Positions 26,734 to 35,451 of a stretch of DNA of 64,000 nt are shown here, piece after piece. The stretch is from Eubacteriales bacterium (GTDB lineage Bacteria > Bacillota > Clostridia > Oscillospirales > CAG-382). A program made the translations under genes and the position numbers. The notes under the pieces are model-generated. The model was given only the letters and a program-made list of their open reading frames with translations, did no database searches and was not told the origin of the DNA. The stretch spans positions 8,992-72,991 of the forward strand of contig JAZUKE010000085.1 in the NCBI GenBank assembly GCA_045643125.1, in the 5' to 3' direction. Within the stretch, counting starts at the first letter, position 1, and the number at the start of each line of letters is the position of its first letter.

Positions 26734-29700
26734 TCAGTCAGCGAATTTGAAATTATATGAAACGTCTGGGTTATACGCGGAAATGACCGTGACGGAAAGT
26801 TCAAGGTCGTCAACGTCGTTGAAAGCGATCGTCAAAGTGCCGTTTCTTTCCGACACTCTGTAACCGTTCTTGTTTCCGCTGATAAGCTCAAGCTCATATT
26901 CGGCAAGCGTGCCGTTTGTCGTGCAGACGCAGTTCACGGTATATCCGTTTTCGACGACGATATGACTGCTCTTGTCGGAGTCGATGTCGTAATTTCTGAC
27001 GAGTTTGCCTTCGGCATCGTAAACTTCGACTCTTTCCGTAAATCCTTTGTTCGAGGCGGAAACGGTGTAGCCTGTTTTTCCGATATCGGATCTGACTGCA
27101 TAACCGGCGCTGCCGGAGGAATATCCGCAGTTCCAGCTCGTTTTGATGTACTCAACGTACCATTCGAGCGTGTCTTCGGCATTTTCACCGACGGGGACGA
27201 TGCGGATGCTGCTGACGCGGGCAAGGTTTTCGCCGTTTGCCGAAGTGAACGATATGCGGCACACTCCGCTTCTGAGGTTTCCCTGCGTTATGAACGAAGC
27301 GGCGTTATCGAAGGTGAGCTTTACGTTTTCGCCTTTTTCGTTCATTCCGTTCACGATCACCGAAAGTCCGTTCGGAGCCGACTGATTTATCGCTCCGCTT
27401 TCTATTTCGATATCGAACGAGCAGGTGTTGCCCTCGGTCACGTCGAACGCGGAAAGCGTGTTCGTTATCTCTATGCCCTCGAACGTGTACTGCTTGGTGT
27501 CGATCACGCTGCCGTTGTAGTCGGTGCTTGTCAGCACGATGCTGCCGAGCGGTATCCTTACGGTCGGGATATTTCTGCCGAGTATGTTTATTCCGACTAT
27601 TTCGGACACATAGGATTCGTTGAATTCAAACGTGACAAGCTCGCCCGCTTTGAGGATCGCCCTGCCTTCGTAATCGGTGAGGTACGAATAGGGAGACACA
27701 TATACCGATTCTTCAACGTCTATGCTTGAAGTGTACCTTATCGCAAGCGCGATATCGCCGTCGATATTATCAAGGTTGATCGTGGTCATATCATACGGCA
27801 GTCTGAAGCTGACGGTCTGTGTCTGCTTTTTGAGGCTTCCTGTCTCGGACGGAGACGTGGAGATGCCGCTTGCGCGGTTGGCGTTATGCGAGCTGAGAGA
27901 TGTGTAATCGAAATAATACGTCCCGATCACGACTCCGTCGCGGACGTGCTGTACCACGGCGTAACTGATGTAAAGGTCTGCCATACTCTTGAGCGTCAGT
28001 TTGTTTATGCTGACAAATCCCGAAACGGGGATATCGGGCGCATAAAGCATCTTCTGCGTGCCGTCATAGAGCATATTTTTGGCAACTGCCTGGTATTCGG
28101 ATTCCGAGCTGTGGATGGTGTAGGTGAACGCTGCGTTCACGCCGTGTTCGCCGCCGGTCACGGAATACGATTTGTCGAGGTAAGCGTAAATGTTCACGGT
28201 GTCGTTGTCGCTGCGCGGAGTGCGCTCGACGTGGGATTCGCCGCTTTCGTCATCGACGCTTATGGTGTGTCCGACGAATCTTACCGTTTTTACGAACTGT
28301 TTGCCCTTGTCCAGCGTAAACGTGTACGACGTTTCGTCGCCGCAGGCAAGGTATTCGAGTTTGGCGTCCTGCTGATATTCGCCTCTGGCGTTTACGATGA
28401 GCAGCCCGTCCTCGACGACCTGGTAAAGATCGAAGCCCGAAACAGTCCAGTTGGTGGTATTTTCGGAAGTGATGTTGAATTTGATGGATTTGATCTCGAC
28501 AACGTCGTCAAGCGTGAAATAAAGTCTGTCGGTACGGCCGGCTTTGAACATATAGCTCGTGTCTATCTTGTCGCTGCCGCCTTTTCCGCAGTAATCGGAA
28601 ATAAGAGATACCACGTTGATGTCCCTGGTGTCGCTGCCTTCGGGCGTGACGTAGGATATGCTTGCCTTGACGCTGCCGCCGAACGAGCCCGCGGAATAGT
28701 CCTTGGTCGTGACGGAAAGCATAAATTTCATCGTGTAGCCCTTGCCGGTGCGGTTTGCGACCTGCGCCATTTCGGCTTCGCTTCTGAGCTTCTGCCCTTC
28801 GAGCGTGTCGCGGGCGCCGCTGTCGTGGAAGTTGATGCCTATCCAGCCCACATTGTCGAATTTCCAGCTTCTGTTATAGCCGCCGTCATTCAGCATCGCC
28901 ACGCTTATTCTTTCGATATTCAGTTTATCGTATACGTCGGTCTCCTCGAGCATATCGTCGGCGATGATGTGGATGGCTTTGAGGTCGCCGTAATTGCGGT
29001 TGACTCTGATATAGAACGTCTCGTTCTTTCCGGCTCTGAATCCGTCGGAATAGAGCTGCTGGTTCGCCTGGACGTAAGCGCTCTTGCCGTTCTCGAATAT
29101 GAGCTGGAAATAGAACTGGTTGTTCGATCCGCTGTCTCCGTCGACCTCGTTGGCTTCGGCGTTCGACGCCACCTTGACCGTCACCTCGTACTGTCCCCTC
29201 GTTTTGAGGAAGCCGTGATCTTGCAGCGCTTCGCGGTAGGTCATAGAACGGCTGATATCGTCCCAATCGGAGCTGTCGTCAACGTCGATCGAGCCGCCCT
29301 CTTCAAAATTGACGGTCATCGACAGAGTTTCGCCGCCGAATCTCATACGCTTGCTGACGTAGGCGATACGAGCCGCGTCGGAATAGTCGCGGTAATGATA
29401 CACGTCGGAATACAGATACCGTTCTTCCAAAAACATCATCATATCGTCCGCTTCGACGTTATATTCGCGTCTTTCGGGCGAATGGACGGATCTGTATACG
29501 TTTATCCCTTTGATCTGCCAGTCGTCTTCTTTGCCCTTGTCTTTTACGATACTGATACTGTTGACCTTCTTGACGTTGGGCGCATTCACTCTGAATGAAA
29601 GCGTCTGCCCCGCTTGGGTGTAATAGTAATACCCGAAATGATTGCCGTTCAGATATTGGTTCTCGGAATAGATGTCAGACGCCTGCCATATCCCGTAAAA

Positions 29701-31272
29701 ATCATCGGCTGCGATCCTGAGGTCTATTTCGTCCGTTTCTTTGATAAGACCGTCGTAGGTCTCGTAATTCAGTTTTACTTTTATGAGGTCCTGCGTGCCG
29801 GCGTCTTCGACGTCGTCCGTTTTGAGTTCGATGATAAGGGTATCTTCGGCTTCCGACGGAAGTATGGTGGCGCCGGTGTCCTCCGGCTCGCTCATCTTCT
29901 GCATTTTGTTGAAGATCGAAGTGACGGTGTTCGGCTCAATGGGGTTTCCGTCGTAGGTGTTTTCCTTATAACTGTAAAGCACGGAGTTGCCGCATTTGCA
30001 TTTGAGGGCGGCGTTGTCGGAATAGACGTTGAAATTGTACGGATCGACGTTCTTGTAGATCGTCACGCCGTAGACCGAGAGCGTGTCGGAATCGAATTTT
30101 TTGCGCTGTTTTTCGCGGTCGCCGTAGTTCGAGCCGGTCAGATAATCAAGTTCTCCCTTCGTCTGCGCTTCGCTGCCGTAGTAAAGCGAAAATCCCGTGA
30201 GCTTGTAGAAATTGGGGAAATATCCCTTGATAAGCATAGAATCGTTCTGCTGACCTATGCCGTAATAATTGCCCGAACGCGAAACTCCCGTTGAATAGGC
30301 GTAAAGTACCGCAGAAGTGAAGAACGGCATCGCGGCGCTGTAAACTCCGCCGTGGTTGTCCTCGTAAGTGATGTTCACTATCAGCGATTCGGCTCTCACG
30401 AGTTCTTCAAGCCTTCCGGAGCCCGACATATTGCGAAGATACGCATCTATTCCCGCGTCGTAGGTGTCGGCGATATCGAGACGGATATAAAGCTCGTCAT
30501 TGGGGACAGAGGACACCTTGGCTTCTTCTTCGGTGAAATCCGTCTTTATCTGGCAGGCGTAAGTGTTGTCAACGCCGAATCTTGCGTAAGCGTCGCCGTA
30601 TTCAACGGAAATGTCAAGCCCGCTTCCTCGTCTGGGGACGAATTCGGCGATCAGTTTGCCTTTGAAATCCACATAGTAGTCGTAGGAAAAATAGCCGAGA
30701 GAATCGAGTTTGCCGAGTGAATACACCTCATACACGGCAAAGTCTTTAAGAGTCCATTCGTTTTTATAGCTTCCGCTCGGCTCCTTGTATTTGAGGTAGG
30801 CGTCGACGCTTTCGACTTTTTGTATCGGGAAGATCGTTTTGAAAACGAACTGCTCGGTCGAATTTGCGCGAAGAATGGATCTGCCTTCAAACGAAACGCT
30901 GTCGTTATAGGTCGGGAATTCGTTAAGCTCGAACATTTCGGGGATATTGCTGTCTTTGAGCTTGCTGCTGCGCTGAACGCTTGAATACAACTCCCAGACC
31001 GTTTCATCGTCCGGAACGACGATCTGCGAACGTGTCACGCCGTTCGTATCTATGTAACGGATGTTGAAATAGCTTACGATATCCCCCGGTACGATGCCCG
31101 ATGACACGGTGAGCATATACGTTTTGGACGAAAGCGAGTTTTCGTTCGTGCTTCCGTTATCCGCGCTTATCTGCGGAAGCGGAAAGAGCGGCAGCAGCAT
31201 AAGCAGGCAGACCGCCAGCGCGACAAACCTGGACGCTTTATTTATTCCTTTCACGTTCTTTTTATATGTCAT
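26734..31272 (-). CDS. Giant secreted protein (1512 aa), unknown function
   Basis: Signal peptide (RFVALAVCLLMLLPLFPLPQISA), then a long beta-rich sequence. I can see no LPXTG motif, dockerin or TM anchor. Confidence 0.8.
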   Translation of the reverse strand: MTYKKNVKGINKASRFVALAVCLLMLLPLFPLPQISADNGSTNENSLSSKTYMLTVSSGIVPGDIVSYFNIRYIDTNGVTRSQIVVPDDETVWELYSSVQRSSKLKDSNIPEMFELNEFPTYNDSVSFEGRSILRANSTEQFVFKTIFPIQKVESVDAYLKYKEPSGSYKNEWTLKDFAVYEVYSLGKLDSLGYFSYDYYVDFKGKLIAEFVPRRGSGLDISVEYGDAYARFGVDNTYACQIKTDFTEEEAKVSSVPNDELYIRLDIADTYDAGIDAYLRNMSGSGRLEELVRAESLIVNITYEDNHGGVYSAAMPFFTSAVLYAYSTGVSRSGNYYGIGQQNDSMLIKGYFPNFYKLTGFSLYYGSEAQTKGELDYLTGSNYGDREKQRKKFDSDTLSVYGVTIYKNVDPYNFNVYSDNAALKCKCGNSVLYSYKENTYDGNPIEPNTVTSIFNKMQKMSEPEDTGATILPSEAEDTLIIELKTDDVEDAGTQDLIKVKLNYETYDGLIKETDEIDLRIAADDFYGIWQASDIYSENQYLNGNHFGYYYYTQAGQTLSFRVNAPNVKKVNSISIVKDKGKEDDWQIKGINVYRSVHSPERREYNVEADDMMMFLEERYLYSDVYHYRDYSDAARIAYVSKRMRFGGETLSMTVNFEEGGSIDVDDSSDWDDISRSMTYREALQDHGFLKTRGQYEVTVKVASNAEANEVDGDSGSNNQFYFQLIFENGKSAYVQANQQLYSDGFRAGKNETFYIRVNRNYGDLKAIHIIADDMLEETDVYDKLNIERISVAMLNDGGYNRSWKFDNVGWIGINFHDSGARDTLEGQKLRSEAEMAQVANRTGKGYTMKFMLSVTTKDYSAGSFGGSVKASISYVTPEGSDTRDINVVSLISDYCGKGGSDKIDTSYMFKAGRTDRLYFTLDDVVEIKSIKFNITSENTTNWTVSGFDLYQVVEDGLLIVNARGEYQQDAKLEYLACGDETSYTFTLDKGKQFVKTVRFVGHTISVDDESGESHVERTPRSDNDTVNIYAYLDKSYSVTGGEHGVNAAFTYTIHSSESEYQAVAKNMLYDGTQKMLYAPDIPVSGFVSINKLTLKSMADLYISYAVVQHVRDGVVIGTYYFDYTSLSSHNANRASGISTSPSETGSLKKQTQTVSFRLPYDMTTINLDNIDGDIALAIRYTSSIDVEESVYVSPYSYLTDYEGRAILKAGELVTFEFNESYVSEIVGINILGRNIPTVRIPLGSIVLTSTDYNGSVIDTKQYTFEGIEITNTLSAFDVTEGNTCSFDIEIESGAINQSAPNGLSVIVNGMNEKGENVKLTFDNAASFITQGNLRSGVCRISFTSANGENLARVSSIRIVPVGENAEDTLEWYVEYIKTSWNCGYSSGSAGYAVRSDIGKTGYTVSASNKGFTERVEVYDAEGKLVRNYDIDSDKSSHIVVENGYTVNCVCTTNGTLAEYELELISGNKNGYRVSERNGTLTIAFNDVDDLELSVTVISAYNPDVSYNFKFAD

Positions 31273-31310
31273 CGGTTTCCCCTCCGGAATCAGATTTTTA
31301 TGCCGTAAGA

Positions 31311-31625
31311 TTATTCAAACTTGAAAAGTGCCACGAATCCCGTCATTTCAAAAACTTCCATAACAAGGCGGTTCACATTTCTTATGATAAGCTCGCCGTT
31401 TTTCTTTTTCATTGCGATATGGAGTTTTTTGATAAGTCTGAGCCCTGCCGAGGATATGTAATCCATCGAAGCAAGGTTAAGCACTATGCTCGGGTATTTT
31501 TCCGCAAAGTCCATAATTATCGGCTCCGCGTCTACCGTCGTGAGCGAATCAAGGCGTCCGTCAAGAAGCAGCTCCGCCTGATTTTCGTGTTTTACTATTT
31601 TTACTGTCAGTTTAATATCGTTCAT
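31311..31625 (-). CDS. STAS-domain protein (SpoIIAA/RsbV-type anti-sigma-factor antagonist)
   Basis: 104 aa. It aligns by eye with SpoIIAA across VLNL..MDYISSAGLRLI...VFEMTGF. The conserved phosphorylatable Ser is present (S58/S59). Confidence 0.85.
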   Translation of the reverse strand: MNDIKLTVKIVKHENQAELLLDGRLDSLTTVDAEPIIMDFAEKYPSIVLNLASMDYISSAGLRLIKKLHIAMKKKNGELIIRNVNRLVMEVFEMTGFVALFKFE

Positions 31626-31644
31626 CGTTTACTCCTAATGCCGT

Positions 31645-34600
31645 TCAGCCGTGTCTGGTGTTATACTGCACAAGCTCCTCAAGCTTGATTTCAAGCACGT
31701 CTTCGCCGTATTCCTCCATAAGGTCTATCGGCGACATATTCTTCATATTCTCCGCTTCGAGAGCCAGCAGCTTCATAATGTCGAATCCGCCGTCGTCTTC
31801 GGTGTCGCTTGATGTGCTTGTCTCCGGCTCTTCCGCCTTGCTTTCGGTCTTTTCTTCGGCTTTTTCCGCATTGTCGGCGTTCTGTACGGCGGGAACGGAG
31901 GACGCGGAAAGCTCCGCTTTCTTGCTTTCCATTTCCTTTTCCAATTCTTCCCTTACGGAACGGCGGATCTCCTGCATCATCGTGTCGTAGCTGAATCTTC
32001 CGAGCAGTTCGCCGAGCATTTTTTCGGTCTCGTTAGATACGGGGGCGGTCTGAACGACGACTGTCGGCGAAACGTCAGCCGGACGGTTAGTCTTTTCAGT
32101 CACGTCTTCGACAGATACCTTCTTTGATGCGGAACGCATTTTCCCGAACTCTGCGGGATCGTCCGGGATATCGGGGATATCAAGGTCGTCCGCTTCGTCT
32201 TCGATGACAACGGGTGCGGAGACGGCTTCCGTCTTTGCCTTTTGCGGCGTCACGGCAACGGACGCGGCTTCGTCTTCGCTTATTTCTATGAAGCTGACGC
32301 TGCCCGACGTGTTCTTTTTGCGGAACAGTCCGTTGTCGGAGACGGTCTCGCTCTTTTTCTTCTTTATTTCATTTACGCTGTTTTCGTGTTTTTCACGGCT
32401 GCCGCCGATGAATTCTTCCCATTTTGCTTCTCCGCTTTCGCCTGCGAAATAGCGGGTGCCGTAGTCTTCCTCGGAGAACATCGCAACGACGTCGTCGGGG
32501 ACTTCGACCTTGAACGTGGAGCGGCTCTGCGGCGACATAATGGTGAACGCCTGACCGCGAGGTGCGGAAACGATCTGTTCCTGCTCGCTTTCGTTGATGC
32601 CGCCCGCTTTTTCATAAAGCGTGCAGAGGTCGCCGATATCGTTGGGTGAAAGCGAGAAGATAAAGCTGTATTGGCAGGCGTTGATTATCGCGGTGGATTT
32701 TCTTGCGATCTCTTCGCTGCCGACAAAGTCCTTTATGTTCTGCGTAATGACTATCTGCATACCGTTGTATTTTCTGATACGCTTTGCGAGCTGGAACATA
32801 AAGTCAAGCGCCACGGGGAATTTGGTGTCGATGAAGACGTGCGCTTCGTCGATGACGACGACGATCTTTCTGTTCAGCTTGTGGCGCGTGTTGTAATCGC
32901 GGTTTTTGATGATCTCGTTGTCGATATATTTGAGGACAAGGAGCATCTGCGCGTTGGCGATGGCGCCGTTGCGGTTTGCGAGCAGGCTTTGGAAATTGAA
33001 AACGGTAAAGTTTTCGTCCGTGGTGACCGTACTCGGGCCGTTCCAGATATTGGCGTTTCTGCCGCCGCTTGAGAATTTTGCGATATAGTTCATAAGCGTG
33101 CGGAGCATAGTGCGGATATATTCATTATCCGTTGACTGAAATTCCGAAAGGATAGCGTCGTACAGATCGTCGAACGTCGGGTAGTCCTCGGGTGTGAGAA
33201 CGGAAAGGTCGGTCTCTCCGCTTATTCCCATATTGGTATACATACGGTCGATAAGCGAATTGAGGTATTCCATCGCGTCCTTGTCGCAGTCGGGGAGTAT
33301 CTGACGGAAGAATTCTTCGAGGAATTGCAGATGCGTTGCGTAAGTGCCCGAAACGGAGGAGCCGTCGGCTTCGTCATCGTCGAGCGCGGTGATGATGTGG
33401 AACGGGTTGAGACGTCCGTACTGCGCGTTGCCGACGTTGATGAATTTGCCGTGCAGATTCGCGGCAAGCTCGGTATATTCGTTTTCGGGGTCGAGGATGA
33501 ATATTTTTGCGTCGTCGGCGGCAAGGTTGGAAAGCAGGCTCTTGGCGGCAAACGATTTACCGGAGCCGGATTTGCCGACGATGACCATATTCGAGTTGAC
33601 ACGCTCGCTGTCGCGGCGGAAGAAGTCTATGAACACGGGAACGCCGTCGGACGAGCCGAGTTTGACGCCGTTTTTGTCGGAAATGTGGGCGAATATCCAC
33701 GGATAGCATCCCGCAACGGAGTTGCTCGGTATGCCTCTGCCCTTTTTATACAAAGGATCCCAGCCGCTTATCTGCGACGCGACAAAAGCGTTCACCTGGT
33801 CGAAATCCATAGCGTTCAGGCGCATATTGCTTTCACGGTACACACGTCTTACGGTGCGTTTCATATTGGCGATGACGGAAAGCGAGGAATTGAGGTCTTC
33901 TATCTTTTTGCCGAGCGACGCGGACGTAGCCATAATGTCGTACGCGGTGACGAAAACATTGACTTCAAGCAGCGTCTCGTTGTCGCCCTTGAGGGTGGTA
34001 AGCAAACTGCTCAACGTGTCGATATGGTCCTGCAATTCGATCTTGCGCGAGTCGATGCCCGTACTCATATACATAACACGAAGTTCCTGCAAGGATCTGT
34101 CGATACCTCTGACAGCCTTTTCACGGTCCATCGGTCTGCATTTCACGACGACTTTCGTTGCCGGTATGGACATAACGCTTGCAAGCCACGCGTCATCGAC
34201 GAGCGACGGATAAGACACGATACGCATATTGTGAGTCAAAATGCCGTTTACGTTCACGGTGCGGTATTTCATATTGACGCTTTCGGGCATAGCCCATTCC
34301 GCGTACTTTGACGGATCGACGTGGTCTATATCGCGTTCGTTGAAGTCAAGTCCGTTGGTATATTTGAGGAACACGGCAAGCTGCTTGTCGTCAAGCCGTC
34401 TCACGTTCATTTCGCCGTTTGAAAGCGTATCCAACGCGCTGAAAACCGTATTGTGGAGCTGATTCTTGTCGCTGTCGAACAGCACCATATAATAGAACGG
34501 CTGCACGACTTTTTCGTTGTAGCAGAGATTTTCGAGGTCGTTTATCCTATCGCACAGCACTTCGATGCGGGCTTTGAATTCGTCCTCGGAAAGTACGCCG

Positions 34601-35397
34601 TTTTCATAGGAATTTCTGATGTCTTCGACTTTTTTGTATTCGTTCTGCAGATATTCGTCATAAAGAGTCGGGCGTTCGATCTTGACGATGTTGGCAGCAT
34701 AGTTCGCGGAAAGCGAGCGCAGCACCCTGCCGACGCTGTTGTCTATCGAATTTATGCGTCTGCTCGGAGACAGAAAACGGAATTCGACCGGGTCGATCTC
34801 GATGACCGCGCCGTAGTATTCGCCTCCGTACTCGATAAAGCCGTCCTTTATTCCGGTGAACGGTATGGTCTCTTTCATCGGCTCTGCTTTGAGCTTCTTG
34901 CCGGAACGCTTCTCGGTCTTTCTTGCGGCGCTCTGATTTGCGCGTTTGAGCCAGATGGCGTCCTCTTCCTCTTTGGTCAGCGTTTTGCTCTTTAATTTTT
35001 TGTCGTCGGCTTTGCGCTCGGCTTTTTCGGCTTTGAGCCTTGCCTTGCGCTCGTCGGGCGTTTCCGCCTTTACTTCCGGCTCTTTTTCTTCCGTTTCTCC
35101 GTTTTCGGGGTGCGAAACGAGTTCAGCGTCGGGGACAGAGCGTGTGAAATTGCGTTTATACGCAAAATGGCGCAGAACGTGGAGGACGAAGATATAGTTC
35201 GGCTCCGAATCAAGGCGCACCAAAAGGGCGGCAGTAAGCAGTATTATGCCGAAAATAATATATATCTTTCCCGGGATGGTGGACGTAAGCACGAACACGA
35301 CGAGTATCGCCGCCGCCACGGAAATTATTATATCGCTGAGAGTAACCCCTTTGAAAAGTTCTATCTGAACCTTTGTTTTTCCGGGTATCAGTCTCAC
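31645..35397 (-). CDS. VirB4-family T4SS ATPase with an N-terminal VirB3/PrgI-like two-TM module and a long acidic C-terminal tail
   Basis: 1250 aa. Two TM helices in the first 80 aa, a Lys/Glu-rich linker, Walker A VIVGKSGSGKSF, then FILDPENEY and Walker B VVVIDEAHVF. About 290 C-terminal residues are low-complexity Asp/Glu-rich sequence. Confidence 0.85.
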   Translation of the reverse strand: MRLIPGKTKVQIELFKGVTLSDIIISVAAAILVVFVLTSTIPGKIYIIFGIILLTAALLVRLDSEPNYIFVLHVLRHFAYKRNFTRSVPDAELVSHPENGETEEKEPEVKAETPDERKARLKAEKAERKADDKKLKSKTLTKEEEDAIWLKRANQSAARKTEKRSGKKLKAEPMKETIPFTGIKDGFIEYGGEYYGAVIEIDPVEFRFLSPSRRINSIDNSVGRVLRSLSANYAANIVKIERPTLYDEYLQNEYKKVEDIRNSYENGVLSEDEFKARIEVLCDRINDLENLCYNEKVVQPFYYMVLFDSDKNQLHNTVFSALDTLSNGEMNVRRLDDKQLAVFLKYTNGLDFNERDIDHVDPSKYAEWAMPESVNMKYRTVNVNGILTHNMRIVSYPSLVDDAWLASVMSIPATKVVVKCRPMDREKAVRGIDRSLQELRVMYMSTGIDSRKIELQDHIDTLSSLLTTLKGDNETLLEVNVFVTAYDIMATSASLGKKIEDLNSSLSVIANMKRTVRRVYRESNMRLNAMDFDQVNAFVASQISGWDPLYKKGRGIPSNSVAGCYPWIFAHISDKNGVKLGSSDGVPVFIDFFRRDSERVNSNMVIVGKSGSGKSFAAKSLLSNLAADDAKIFILDPENEYTELAANLHGKFINVGNAQYGRLNPFHIITALDDDEADGSSVSGTYATHLQFLEEFFRQILPDCDKDAMEYLNSLIDRMYTNMGISGETDLSVLTPEDYPTFDDLYDAILSEFQSTDNEYIRTMLRTLMNYIAKFSSGGRNANIWNGPSTVTTDENFTVFNFQSLLANRNGAIANAQMLLVLKYIDNEIIKNRDYNTRHKLNRKIVVVIDEAHVFIDTKFPVALDFMFQLAKRIRKYNGMQIVITQNIKDFVGSEEIARKSTAIINACQYSFIFSLSPNDIGDLCTLYEKAGGINESEQEQIVSAPRGQAFTIMSPQSRSTFKVEVPDDVVAMFSEEDYGTRYFAGESGEAKWEEFIGGSREKHENSVNEIKKKKSETVSDNGLFRKKNTSGSVSFIEISEDEAASVAVTPQKAKTEAVSAPVVIEDEADDLDIPDIPDDPAEFGKMRSASKKVSVEDVTEKTNRPADVSPTVVVQTAPVSNETEKMLGELLGRFSYDTMMQEIRRSVREELEKEMESKKAELSASSVPAVQNADNAEKAEEKTESKAEEPETSTSSDTEDDGGFDIMKLLALEAENMKNMSPIDLMEEYGEDVLEIKLEELVQYNTRHG

Positions 35398-35451
35398 AAG
35401 GGTCCACCGCCTTTCGTCATATCTTGCCCGCTATACGCGGGTGAAGTGTCA

